Origin: Lama glama | Lineage: Eukaryota | Direction: 5' to 3' | Length of the DNA stretch: 64,000 bases | NCBI GenBank assembly: GCA_028534125.1 | Contig: CM052817.1 | Coordinates: 4,156,001 to 4,220,000, forward strand | The notes under the pieces: model-generated | Database searches by the model: none | The model's input: the letters and a program-made list of their open reading frames with translations, nothing else | What the model was told of the DNA's origin: nothing | Made by a program: the position numbers and the translations under genes | In this document: positions 49,406 through 62,686 of the stretch, piece by piece | Layout: each line of letters begins with the position of its first letter | How positions within the stretch are numbered: position 1 is the first letter of the stretch

Positions 49406-49728
49406 AGGCGAACAAGCACAAGGCGTGGCCCCTAGTGATGCTCTGTTCTGCCCTTGTCAGCCCGACATCTACAGCCTCCACCTTTCCTCCCACCTCATCC
49501 TCTATACTCCTGGTCACCCCTTTACTTCTGGATCAGGATGAACTACTGACTTCCTTACCCACTGCTTCTAGCTTCTGTGTGTTTGCTCATGCTGCCCTGC
49601 TTCCTCAAATGCCTGTTCCTCGGCCTCCTCCACCCTCCCCATCTTAGGAGGACCTACCCATTTGGCCATACATGACCACCCACCTTACTAAGCCACAATA
49701 AGGAGAGTTTATAATGAACAGAGTAGAG

Positions 49729-49909
49729 CAGTTGTTCTGCAAGTGGGGTCCTGGACCACCATCATCATTTTCTGGGAGATTTTAGAAATGCACATTCTCA
49801 GGCCCTACCTGCACTACTGGATCAGAAACACTGGGCTGGGGCCCAGCAGTCTGGCTTTTAACTAAAGCCCTCTGGGGAACTCTGATACCCTCTCCAATTT
49901 GAGAACCAG
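49729..49909. mobile_element. MER5A
   Basis: cagttgttctgcaagtggggtcc...tagaaatgcacattctcaggccc...tttgagaaccag. Confidence 0.85.
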
Positions 49910-51324
49910 GGCAGGCAGGGCTGGTCCCCACTTATCCTGTAGTTACACAGTCTGGTTATTTCTAAAATAGTTGGCGACTGGTTGGCTCCCTCCAATGAGC
50001 ATGAATCAGCCCTACCATCTTGCTTAATCTGTAGATGAGACCAGGGACCTTGTTTTGTGAGTGTAAAGGGCAGTTCTCTTCCATCCAAATAAGTACACAT
50101 CGGGACTGATGCTCAGAGTGAAGGGTATGCTCCAGGGATTTCCTGTGGGAGAAGGAGGGTAGACCCTCTGTCTGGGTCTGTTTCCCCATCTGTAATAATA
50201 AAGTGCTAATTTTTTTAAAACAGCTACACCACCCCATCATGATTTACAAATCAGGGAAGCAGGAGTTTATTATCACATTTATTTTATGATTTTAAACTTA
50301 CAGCGCTTCAAGTTAGGAGTTGGTCCGTGAGAGCAGTGAGGTTACTTTGATAACCCTCACCTTCAGGACGAACAGTTCGGGGGTGACAGTAGTCTGAGCA
50401 GCCGCACATCCTGGGTGTTGCGTGGGCTTTGCTGTGGTTGTGAGAATAGTCTGTTTTGAGAATCTTTACATTTCACATTTGCAATTGGTAAGGTTTTTGT
50501 CAACAACTTGTCTTGTAGCCTCAGGACCCATCTTACTAGAGGTGACAGAAGAGTCTCTACAAGACCTGTGCAAAGCTGAGTGTCATCTGGAGCCCAGGTG
50601 CATGCAGTGGAGTCTGCAGATGATTAACATTTGGTGTGCAGCTCATTTGAGTTTGATGCTGTTTGTGGTTTAAAATTTTTACACTGAAAAAGTATAGAAT
50701 CAAACATCTGTTCCTCCAGAGCCCTGATCCCTGACACCCTGTGCATCTTTAGGGAGCATCAGGGCTCCATGGAACGTGGTTTGAAATCCCAGCCTGGTCA
50801 CCGCCTCTCAGCGCCCCAGAGTGCTGATGGCTCTGCTCCATTTTGGGAATTGGCCACCATTCCTTCACAGATACCTGTTTCTCTGTGCTGTCATCTGCCT
50901 GTCACGTTGGGTTCTTGGTTCTGTCTCAGCCTCCAAGTGTCCTCACATTCTTAAGACTGAGCTCTGGAAAGAAAGAGCCTCCAGGACTGTCACTGACTGA
51001 GCTGAGCTGAGCTGCAGAACGAGCTGCACTAGGGCCAGGACTCAACCTCACCCCAAGTCTCTGTGAACAGACGTTGAGGGTCCAGTGCTCTCGCAGGACA
51101 GTCTGAAGGTTCTGCCCACCCTCTCCTTCCTCAGAACAGCTCTTGACTTATGGAGAGTATTTGGGAAGGGGAGCAGTTGTACCAAGAAAGGGTTGTATGT
51201 TTCTGAAACCACACCTGGCTGTGTTGCTCCTCTGCTCGGTGGGCTCCCCATGTCCCAGGATGAAGCACACATTCCTTGACACCATGTCTGTGACCTCATC
51301 TCCTGTTGCTCTTACTTTTACCAA

Positions 51325-51680
51325 TTAGCTTCGTCTGCTCTGGCTGCTATAATAAAAAATCCTGTAGACTGGGAGGCTTAAACAACAGAAATTTATTTCT
51401 CACCGTTCTGGACGCTGGGAAGTACAAGGTCACAGGGCTGTCTGATTCCGCTTCTGGTGAGAGCTCTCCTCCTGGCTGGCAGACGGCCGCCTTCTCATGT
51501 ATGCTCACAAGGTGGGCAGAGAGACAGCAAGGAAGTGCTCTTGTGTCTCTTCTTGTAAGGACGCTAATCTCGTCATCAGGGGCTAATCACTTGCCAAAAC
51601 CCTAATCTCCAAATACCATCACGTTGGGAATTCGGGTTGCAACATATGAATTTCGGGGGACACGTTCATGGACCCCTACC
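51325..51680 (-). mobile_element. MaLR LTR (MLT1A-like)
   Basis: ggcttaaacaacagaaatttatttctcac...ccaaataccatcacgttggg...caacatatgaatttcgggggac. Confidence 0.85.
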
Positions 51681-54600
51681 TTATGGAACAGTCTGCCTTC
51701 CTTGAACTTGCCCTCTGTTCCTCCTGTCTTTAGACATTTGTGCCCTCCTCCTTGCACACCCTGTCTGCTGCCTCTAGACATGTCTCAGGCTCATATCCTC
51801 TGGTGCTTCCCTGACCCTCCCCACCCCCGCCAGGCCCTGCACATCTTTCTGTCCCAGCCTTGGCTGTACTGCGGGGCTGTTGTTTTTTATAGTTTTCCTT
51901 CTCCACTGGCTGGAGCTCGGGGTCCTGCGTGGGATTCATGTCTGAGGCCCCGTGCCCAGTACAAGGCCTGCTATGGGATATTGAATGAATGAGTGAATAA
52001 ATGAATGAATGAATGATTGGAGGCTGTGCCCCTGCTACTCTCCCTGCCTAAATGCCATTCAACCTTCCTTGGACCCCTGCTCCCTTATCTGCATGTCCAT
52101 GTTTCACCCCTGCCTGGGCCCACTTCAGATGTCTCCACATCCCGCTGGGACCTGAGCCGCTGGCCCCCGTTACCACTTGGGCTTGCTACACTCTGTTTCC
52201 CTGCCTGCCTCCCTGACTTGACTAGAATGCCTCACAAGTGTGGGGGAGCCACTGGGACACCTAGCCATGGTCCAGAACATTTGAGGGACTTAGCAAATGT
52301 CTGCACCTGATGAAGACATCCTTGACCATCTTCCTTCCCCTGTGGTGGTGGTACCTGGCAGTAACCCCATCCTGGTCCAAGCACCCCAGCCCTGTAATTA
52401 GTGCCTCTCTTTGAGCTGGTCTGCCCTGCTTGCTTCAGCCTTGCCGCCCCTTCCATCATCCTCCAGTTCTGAAGTCGTTTTCTTGAGAGAAGCTAGGGCA
52501 TAGATGAGCTCTGTGTGCCCCTCCCCTGGCTTTGTGCACACAGCAGGTGCTCAGTAGGTGTCTGCTGAGGAGTGCCCTTGGTACATCAAGCCACATTGAG
52601 TGGCTGGTGTAGAAAGGATGTGTAAACCACAAAAGAAGTTGATCTTGGCTTGAAAGTCACCCGTCACACTGCTTGTTCTTGGTGATGACTCATTTCAGGA
52701 GAGGTGGGACAGAAATGGTCTGATGCCTGGGGCCTTTTCTGGGACTTCTTAAGGGGCCCTTACATATCAATAAAGGGGAGATTCCAAAATAATGCAGGGA
52801 GTTTGTGAAGAGCCAGCAAGTAGAAGCAGGCAGAACAAAGGCTTTGTATTCAGGTGAGGACCTGAGCAAGTCCTCTACCTGCCTTCAGCTGAAATTTTGC
52901 CCCTATGAAATGAGGAAAGTAACACGCACCTCTCCAGGGCTTTGTGAACACCAGGATTTTGTGCGTAAAGACCTGATACCTTGTGGCTGCCTGTGGAGTG
53001 ACAGCCATCTACTCCCAGGTATGTGGAAAGGCTGAGGCTTATTATAAATGTAGTTACTTTGGCCTTTCAGGGATAAGGCAGTGCCTGGACCACCCATGGG
53101 GCTCTATCCTCACATCCTAGCATAATATCTGGCACCTAGAAGCTACATGAAACAAGTAAGAATATGAATATTAGAGCCAACCTGGGTACAACCTCCTGCC
53201 CTTACTTGCTAGCTGGGTCACCTTGGCCGGTACCTCTTTCCTGACAGAACATGAAAATGGGGCACCAATACCCATGTCATAGGACTGTGGAATAATTGAG
53301 AGTTTGGAAAGTTTGGAACGGTTTCTAGTACAAAGAGGCTGCTATATGAGCAGGGACTGTTACTGCTATTGCTTGGTGCATGTTTATTGAGTTGTGTTGA
53401 ATTCCATCTGATGGGAGACGAGTGTGGATGCTGCCATGGTGCTTTGTTTTTCTTGCAGCGTAGTTATTGGTTCCCAGTGCTCACCCTCACCTCAGAGTTT
53501 CTCTCCTGTTCAGCATCTGGTAAAGTTTTACAGTGGGAAGTTAAAAAAGAAAACTTCACATGCACGGCACATTCTAAAGGAAGTTTCATCATGTTCTGGC
53601 GAATGTTGATAAACAACTCTCATTCCTCTGTTTGATGAGGATTTTGTTATGTGGGTCTTGAATATGAGTAGCAATTTTATCAGAAATTGTTTCTGTGGGT
53701 GTGTTTGGTGGGGAATTGAAGTAGGTGGTTTTCTGATAATATTGGAAGTTTTTCATGAACTGGAATATTTTGAAACCACTATTTTCTGGAAGTGTTATTA
53801 CTAATTCAGTGGCTTTTAATTTGCTGTCAATATGCTTTGCTCTTGGAGGGTGATGGTATGGTATTCAGCAAGGAACCTGGCTGTTCATTCCTAAAAATGT
53901 TCTTAGGTACCAGGAGAGCGTGCCAGGCATGGTGCTGGGTCCTGAGGATAGAAAACAAAACTGACAGTTCTTTGGATGCCTGGAAAGTGATCTTACAGTC
54001 AGACAGACCTGATTCAGTCCTGGCTTTGTCACTTGCAAGCCGTGGACCTTGGGGAGTAGACTTCACCTCTTTAAGTCTCAGTTTCCTTACCTGTGAAATG
54101 GGAATAATACTGTTACTTATTTTACAAGGAGGTTTTGTGGATGGATTGAGATGGGTATGCCCTGCACATTGCCTGGCATAGAGTAAGTTCTTCCAAATGG
54201 CAGCCCTTGGTTAATTTGCTGCTTTTAGGGCCCAGGGGCAGGAGTCATGCCCAGAGAGACCCATGCAGCCTGACTCAGAGCCACCCCTGGGCCACTTCCT
54301 TTCCCTTGTTCTCTGGCTGGCAGAAAGGGTAAGGTCACCTTCTGCAGAGGAGGTGGCTGTGTCGGGGGGTGAGAGGCCTGGTTTCCTGTGGGTTTGTGGC
54401 TTTGTAGCATTGTCCCATTGAGGGCACGTTAGGAGTTTCTGGAAGGTGGAGGAGGCAGGTGGTGGTGGATGGGGCAGGGTCTCCCAGGAAAGCACAGCCA
54501 GTGACCCCTGGCCTTGGGCTCGGTTTTCTTGTCTGGTTCCATCCAGTCTGCCTCTCAGCAGTGGTATTTACTGAGTGCCCCACCCCGAGCGGGTGCTTTA

Positions 54601-55014
54601 TGCTGCTGTCTGGGCCTCTCAGCCACCGCGTAAGAAGGTAGGAGGAAACCGAGGCCCTGGGAGGCAACATGTCATTTAACAGTCAGAGTTAGTGAGTGGT
54701 GGAGCCTCAGGATGAGAGCCTTACTCCGTCTCCGCCCTTGCTGGGGCTTTCCTGGTGTGCTCTGCAGCATAACGAGGCTGAGGTTTGGGCGTGGGTCCTT
54801 CTAAGAGGGGTTTCATATGGCTTGCTCAACGAGATTTCATTTCATGACAAAAGCAAAAAATGTCTGAAAAGCACTTCTAATTTTTTTTCCCTCTGAACAT
54901 ATATGCTAATTTTATATTTTACTGGGGTCTTACTATGCCAACTTTGTAGCCTGTCCTTTTTAAATACGGCAATCCAACCTGAAGATTTCCCAATGAAGTG
55001 ATCCTTTGGGGTGG

Positions 55015-55347
55015 GGACAGGAAGCAGGTGATGGGTGTGGCTAAGGAGGCAGGGTTGGGCGGGGCCGGAAGCGGAAGGGGTGGAGTCAAGCTTGAATTAA
55101 AAAATCAGTGACAGGAAGTTAGGCAGAACTCACCGGAAGTGGCTGGTGCAGGGGTCGGAGTTGGGGGGGGTTAGGGTTAACCTCAATGCTTTTCTGCACA
55201 AATTTGCGTTTGGAGTTGAGGAGGTTTGGCAGGACCGGAGGAGAGGAGCCCGGGCAGGGAGTCGGCCTGCAGCGTCTGAGAGGCTCGGAGGCAGGACGGA
55301 GCAGGTGCTTCCCAGGCTGCTGAGAAGATGGTGGCTCTGACGTGCGT
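55015..55347 (+). promoter_or_regulatory. ETS/GC-box cluster: candidate intronic alternative promoter or enhancer with possible exon
   Basis: Five GGAA ETS cores including ACAGGAAGT (55111) and ACCGGAAGTG (55132), GC box at 55057, local CpG retention, donor-like GAC|GTGCGT at 55341. Confidence 0.55.
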
Positions 55348-58310
55348 AGTGGCATTGGAGGGGACGGAGCGGGTGAAATTGACGTTTGCGGGAGTGCAGC
55401 CACTATTGTATGGCTGTTCTCTGGGCCAGTCCATGGAAGGGGCTTCTTTGCGGCAGGCCCTGCAGCGGTCACCTTAATTCACATAATCCGTGCAGCATTC
55501 TGAGGTGGGAGGGTTTCCTCTGGCTCAGGTGACATGCCTTGATGTAGGTCCTACAGGCCATAAGGGGTGGAGCCAGGATTCCACTCTGGGTCTGACAGTG
55601 AAGTCCAGGCTTTCTGGGAGGCCCGCGTTTTCAGGGGCAGGAGCCTTGGCAGTCATGGAGGGCTTCCTGGAACAGATGGTGATGTGGCTTACACACCTTT
55701 AGTAGGCTAACATGCGGTCAGAATAAGAAGAGCAGTGGATTGGGAGTGAAGAGGCTGGGTTCAGATCCTGCTTTCGTGTGCACATTTGGATTAGACAAAC
55801 CCTCTCTGGGCTCCATGTCCCGTCTGTACAATGGGGAGGTGGGACCAGATGGCCTTCCTCAACATCCCTTCCAAGTCTGGAGCTTCCTCCTTCTCTACAT
55901 CAATGTTTGCTAAATATTCTTCTCTTAGGGAAGCCTGATGTCTGACTACCAGCACCGTCTCCCTCCCTGAGCTCCCTTCCTGTTTTCGGGATGCCCGTGG
56001 GTGTCCAGGCAGGTGTCCCTGTTCATGACAACAAGGGCTGTGCCCTGCCTATCATTTTGAAAGACTTTCTGGCCACCTGGGCTATCAGTGCTGCTAGCAG
56101 GTTTACCCCCTGGGGGAATCCATGAAGGAAGACCGGGGACCTGACAGGGCTGTGTTCACCAAGTCTTCCTGGGTGTTCAGGGGAACCTTAAGCCAGTCTG
56201 CCTCTGAGAGCCTCCATTTCCCTACTTGTAAATGTGGAAGTATTACCTCTTTTAATCTCTTTGACTTCCTCCTCACTCCTCCCACCTCGATTTTCACCCC
56301 AAGGGCAGTGGGGAGCCAAGGGTGATGTGCTTCCCATTTCTGCAGGAAAGTAGCCCTGTGAGTGATAAGGAGCTTGGCAAATGTTTGGAGAGATTCAAAA
56401 ATAGATTAAAATATAAAATACAGCTTGATTCAAGCTTTAGGAATTCTTCTTTGTCCCTTTTCACTTGGACCGTGAGTTCTATGGGTTTGGCCTCCTATAA
56501 AGTTTATATCCATGCTCAGCTCAGGCCCCATCATCCTCCACCAGATGAGGACACAGCCTCTCACTTTCTCTGACTCTGGGGCCTCCTCCAGGCAGCCCTC
56601 CGTGTTGCCCTGGAGGAAGTGATCTGAAGAGCATGGGTGTCTGACCTTGCCCTTCTAGGCATAAACCTCTCCACAGCTCCCTGCTGTGCTCAATGTCAAG
56701 GAAAACCCCTTAAGTGATTTATTGTCCTTCCTCCCTTACACTAGACCTCCAGTCACACCAAGGCAGCACTGTGCCTTGTTCATCGCTCTACCTTTAGTGC
56801 CTAGGAAAGTATCTGGCACTTAATAGTTTCTCAGTAAATGGTAATGATGCTGCCTGCCACTGTGTGTCTGCTGAGCAGGACACATCCGCCGTTAGGAGTT
56901 TCAGTTACAGCCCTGTGGGTGTCAGTATTATTGTCTCTTATATGAATGAGGGAACAGATTCAGAGAGGATAAGAGTATTGATAGGATTGAAAACGATCAT
57001 TGAATAAATACATGGTTACCCTCTTAACATCCTTAATGAGAGCCTGGAGGCATCTGTTACTTCACAAGGAAAAAAAAAGTCTGAGCCCTGAGTCTGAAGT
57101 CTTTGCCAGGTGCAGAGGGAGCCCGGGACTGGCAGGCACACTGCAGGTGTGGGCAGGGTCCACCTGCCTGGGCAGAGCTGGATGCGAAATCCTGTCTGCC
57201 AGGCACACTGCAGTGAGTTCTCAGCTACAGTCAGGCGACCACCAGTTTTATCACCTGTGCAGTGACGTAGTGATAGTGAAATACTCATGGGACTCTATCA
57301 CTCAGTGTCTGCCGATTTCTACTCATTATTTTTCCACTGTGAACATTTAAAAGTATTCAAAATTAAAATATTGCACAAAGAAAAAAAAACACCAGCATTC
57401 AGCTCTATTCCATGCACCCTGAACCACTGTTTTAGTGTCCTTGCCAGCATTGTCCAGCGGCAGCATGCACCCGTGTCGATGAAACATTTGGCTTTTCACG
57501 TGGGATGAAGGGGTCTGGTTTGGAGCTCATTTTTTTTATGCCCTGATTCTGTTACTCCTGAGCTGTTGAACTCGGTCTAGTTCCTCAACTTCTCTGAGGC
57601 CTTAGCAGTCCTCCAGAGAACTCTACCCATGAGCAGGAGGTGGGAGACAGATGAAAAACGGCTTGATCCAAGCCAAGGAGTTTGATTTTCACCCCAAGGA
57701 CAGTGGGGAGCCAACGACCGTCTGCGAATATAGTTTACTGTTTTCTAATTCTCAGAAAAGTAGTGATAGTCGCCAGGATCAAGGGACCTTGGATCAGAAC
57801 TCTAGGTGGCTGAGGGTGGCCACGGACAAGGGGGCAGTTGGGGCTGCATGGGGCAGGACAGAGGGTGAGGAGGTGGCCGCAGGGGGACAGTCAGCGAGAG
57901 GAGACATAAGAAAGCTGTCCTCAGCAGGCCCCTGGGAGCTGGGTGTCTAGTCTAGCTGGGGAGTGCTGCGGGGCCCGAATGGGAGACGAGGGTCTGGACC
58001 AGGTGAGAGGGGGTTTCACCCTCCTGGAAACCCGCTCAGGAGAGCCTAGGCTGGGGGCACACTGCAGCTGCTCCAAGGGGCTTCGGGGAAGAGCTGGGAC
58101 TTAGAGATGGGGAAACTGAGGCTCACAGCGGCTGTGCGACTTCTCCAGAGTGACTCAGCAGGTTGAGAGGTACAAGCCCAGGTCCCCTGCCTCTCTGCCC
58201 GGTGGCTCACCGGTCCACGCTGCCCGCTTGCAAGGACAGAGGGACCCCACTGTTACACCTGAGGACGTGAAGCTTGTGTTTCTTTTATTTTCAGATGAAT
58301 GAGTTTCTTT

Positions 58311-58458
58311 AAATTTTTTTTTAAATATGTATGTATTTTCCCCCATGGGGGAGGCAGTTAGGTTTATGTATTTATTTATTTTAATGGAGGGGCTGGGGCT
58401 GGAACCCAGGATCGTGCGTGCTGAGCACGCACTCTACCCCTGAGCTATACCTTCCCCC
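58311..58458 (-). mobile_element. Camelid vic-1-type SINE
   Basis: Reverse strand reads gggggaaggtatagctcaggggtagagtgcgtgctcagc...ctgggttcc...ataaacctaac plus tail. Confidence 0.85.
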
Positions 58459-61445
58459 TCAATTTTCTTTATTAAACGTCTACTGTTTGCCCATGACTGT
58501 GCAGTGGCCCTTAGGGTGTGAAATCTAAAGTGGCAGCACTCCTGCCCCTCAGGAGAAACCTTCCCCTTTTTGGAGCGCTGCTCTCCAGTGAGAAGGAGTC
58601 AGCTCGGGCTTTGGACTGAACTTGAGGGTGCATGCCTCCATCTCGTCACACTTATTTTTATTATTATTCTTATGGACATTTAAAAATACATTTAAACAAA
58701 ATTTCTTCATGACTAAGGTTATAGGGTATCTCAGGAAGGTGGCTTTTGTTTTGTTAGACACAGAGCCAAAGCCCAGGGCCGGCCGGCGTTGGCTGAGGGT
58801 CCGTGATCCTCTCTCGCTGTGCCCGGAATCCCTGCCGGCTGCCCTGCCCTCCTGTCAAGGTCATTTTGTATGTGGTGATGCTTATTCTTGATCATCATTG
58901 CGTTTTACTTCTCACTTGATTATTTGGGGAAGTCTGTCTGTGGTTCGGACAGAGACACAGCCCTGCCCTGCATGTAACTGCCCTTTATCCAGTGCTCGAG
59001 GCCTGGGTCAAGAAACATAATCTTTTTGCCACGTAGAACATGACTGCAACGACTGGTGACATTGGAATAGGAAATGTGTCAGTGACAAAGTTTCCTGGTC
59101 TCGATCATTGTGTCGTGAGTTCATAGTGCTCTTGGTGTTGAGATGAAAGCCACAGCACTTAGGGTGGGGCGTCATGAGGCCTGAAGTGCACTTCCAGATG
59201 CTTCACAGAAATAGACAGATATGTATAGAAATGTGTCTTTATAGACACAGTCGCTGTGGGGCCATGTGAACGATGGGTGAGTCTAGGTGAAGGTATGGGA
59301 TGTTCATTATACTATTCTCAGAACTTTTCTGTAGTTTTGAAACTGCAGATTGAAAAGTTTGTAAAACATACTCCCAGTGGGAGAGGCATGCTGAGAACCA
59401 GCCGTGTCCACCTGTCCACTCTGTGGCCTCCGGCATCTTCTGTGTCTCAGTCCCATGGAAGCGGAGAGAACTTCGTGCCCTGCAGTTCAATTCTGACCAG
59501 CCATTTGGGGGCAGTCTTGAAATAGAGGCACAGTCTTCTGACAAAATTCATTCTTCCCTCTACAGGGAAATCATTGCATCTTCATAATCTCCTTTTGGGT
59601 CAACTTTCCATAAAAATTTCAGTTCTCTTCTTCTCTTACATTTTCCTTAAAGCTGTGTTGCCTTCTAAAATTACTCAAGTAGCATTTGCTGCTGTAGTTA
59701 TTCAAAAGAGAGGAGAGTGAAGAAGTGAGTAAACTCTTTTGTTCCGTCCTGGGTGGGGTAACCCATGGCTGGCGGACGGTCCAGAATGTCTTCCTGTGCT
59801 CGCGGGAACACATGCAAACATGCACATGCGTCTAGGAGGGCATGGGTTATCTTTTCACTTTTTATCCTTTGTTAACCTGGGCTTCCTACTTTTCCTTGAA
59901 GACGTAGCTTAGGGACTGCCTCCTCCAGGAAGCCCCCCAGGCTCCGAGCACTGATCTTACTTCATTGCAGTCATCTGATTACAAACCGCCCTCCCTGCCA
60001 GATTTTGAGTAATGCAAGGGCAGCAGCTGTTTCTGTTTCACCGTCTGCACTTGAGCCAGGAGCCCAGGAGGTGCACAGTCAGGGTTCATGGAGTGAACAG
60101 TTGGGTAGAGGAGCCATCCCGGGCGAGGAAGCCACAGGAACAGAACCTTGCAGGTAAGAGAAGACTTCTCGTTTAAACATTTCCTCTAGACCCTGGGAGG
60201 AGAGTCGCAGGGGCCTGGACATGTGGGGACAGAAAGTCACTTTGGGAAACGTGGCCACTGCCACCCTGGGGCTCCCATTCCCTGGCTGATTCTGTCTTGG
60301 TGCTGATGCCCTGTGTGGCAGGGCTGATGGGATGGCCATGAGGACCAAGGGTGGGGCCGGAGCCAGGGCCAGGTCCTCCCTCCTCCCCGAGGCCCAGTAT
60401 AGGTTTAGCCCACTGGAGGTCTTGGGGGCAACAGTAAGCAGCCTCAGCCAGGGCTGCAGCAGCACAGGGTTTAGATGTGGGCCTCACCCAGGTCTCATTA
60501 TCCTTCCGTGACCCCGACTCCTTCCTCATTAGAGGCCCTGTTTTCTGCAGCTGGGACTTATTAATCCTATCTGCAGATCGTCCAATTGGTGCCAAGGGAC
60601 CAGGTCACTGCCAGCTGGAGGAAGTTGAAAGTTCAGCAGGATGTAAAGCTGAGGGGCTGGCTTCATAGCCTGTGTTCTCAGGCGCTGCAAAGAAGAGCAT
60701 CCCTTGCTCTGAGCAGCTTTCCCGGGTTCAGTCTTCAATTCAGGCCAGAGGGTCCTGGCTCTTCTGCAGCCAGTAGAGCACTGGACTGACATTTCAGAGG
60801 GTTTGCGTTACTGGAAGAGAGTGGCACGGTGTGGATGTGTCTAGGGAAGAGAAGTCAGCATCTTTTGGGGAACCTGTGGAGAAGGAGAAATTCAGCTTTT
60901 CTGTTACGTTTTTATTATGAATGATAAATATTAATAATGCTCGAGTATTAAACGTCTTCATAGCTTTGCAAGAGTATACACTTCACCAGCTTCAAAATTA
61001 GTATTTTCCCTATTTAATGGAGGCACAAACTGAGTGGCAAAGTGACTGTGGAAAGCCAGGACTTGTTGACTCATCCCTGGTTCCGTGCCGGGCCCTGTGC
61101 GGGAGTTGGGACTTGGAGATGAAAGCAGCACAGGCCTAGTCTCAGGGCGCACCTGGTCTAGCGGGGCTTTGAGGTTTATCCGCCAACATGTACGACAAGT
61201 AAGGGTTCCTCTTCGTCTTCCCGCATCTGTCATTGTTTGGCAGTCACTCCCTTGGAATTCAGTTCTGAACAAATGCTAATGTGAACTGAGATGGTTTACG
61301 TGACAGCAGGCTCTGTATCCTTCTCTCTCTCAGCTCCTTGTCTGCCTGTCCGTCGAGGCTGACGGTCTTTGATGGCTGGGGCTGTGTTGTGAGTACCTGG
61401 CGGTGGTGGGGAGGGTGGTGATGGTGATGGTACTGGCGGTGGTAT

Positions 61446-62079
61446 TGTTGCTGGTGGATGCAGCCGGTGTTCCAGGTTCTTGTCCCATCCCAGAAGGAAT
61501 TCAGACACAAGATGTACTGGTAAAAAAAAGTAAAGTGAGAATTAATTAAAGGATGAATAGTGCACTCTCAAGAGGAGAGCTGGCAGGCTCAGGTGAGCAG
61601 CTGCCCTGAGTTTCTTTGGCAGGTCGGTTAGTTAGGGTGTAAAAATGAATGGGCAGAATATTCATTGGGGAGGGAAGGGTTTGGGGTCATATTGCCTGGT
61701 TATCATCCCAACTCCACCTTCCCAAAGGGAGGAGGCATTTTTGTCCTTATTTAGTCTGAATCTGAAGTGTCATAGCTTCGGTGCGTGCTGGATACTTCTA
61801 ATCTGCAAGGCTAATTTTATTGTAATGAGGGCATAATGAGCAAAAGGTTACGTTCAGACACTGGAGATTCCTGCCTTTTCTCACCTATCTTTGTTGGCCT
61901 CCAGGCTGCTTATCAGCCCAGAGGTTCCTGCTTTTCTTTCTCTGCCCAGGGACCCCTGGTGCTTACATGACGTGTTGTTTCCTGCATTTGGCCTGTGCCC
62001 CTCCTTTCTGCCCAGTTCCTGCCATTTGGTCTGTGCCCCCCTTTCTCTGCTCACATCTAGCTATCTGCCTGCTCTAACA
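61446..62079 (-). mobile_element. ERV1-class solo LTR, 634 bp
   Basis: TGTT...AACA inverted termini; 4-bp TSD GTAT at 61442-61445 and 62080-62083; splits a GGT-rich repeat. Orientation is inferred. Confidence 0.8.
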
Positions 62080-62083
62080 GTAT

Positions 62084-62503
62084 TGGTGGTGGTGGTAAGA
62101 GTGGTGGTGGTGTTTAGGGTGAGGGTGATGGTGTTAATGATAATGACGATAATGGTAGTGGTGGTGGTGAGAGTGATGGTGGTGGTGTGTTGCTGGTGGT
62201 GAATGATGGTGATGGCGGTGGTGTTTAGGGTGATGGTGATGGCAGTAGTGATGGTGTTAATGGTGATGATGATGATGGTGGTGGGTTGGTGGGGAGGGTG
62301 GTGAAACTGATGGTACTGGTGATGATGGTGGTGGTGGTGGTGAGGGTAACGGTGGCTGTGGTATTTAGGGTGGTAGTGATGGTGCTGGCAGGGAAGGTGG
62401 TGAGGGTGGTGATGGGGATGGTGGTGAACACGATGTGGTAGTGGTTATGGTGGCGGGGGTGATGATGGTAGGGATAATGGTGGCTGTGGTACTGGTGGTG
62501 GTG
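62084..62503. repeat. Degenerate (GGT)n/(GAT)n low-complexity repeat (left part at 61398-61445)
   Basis: Directly visible. Confidence 0.9.
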
Positions 62504-62686
62504 TAGTAAAACTTAAAATTACAGGTCCATACTAGGCACTCTTGTAAGCACTCTAGCTGTCTGAATCTACGATTGTAACCACCACTAGGCCCATTTGCCC
62601 AGGGAGACACTGGAGGCACAGAGCCGCACAGTTAGTGCATGCTAAAGTTGGATTCAAACCCTCATGGGCTGGCTTCAGAGCCACAT

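Noticed and set aside
50999..51025. GAGCT pentamers resembling immunoglobulin switch repeats
   Set aside because: Only about four copies; switch regions span kilobases.
55164..55180. TTAGGG telomere-like motif (also CCCTAA near 12570)
   Set aside because: Only one or two units; expected by chance.
61891..62619. Thr-rich mucin-like and Val-rich membrane-like ORFs
   Set aside because: Translations of the (GGT)n repeat and the adjoining LTR.
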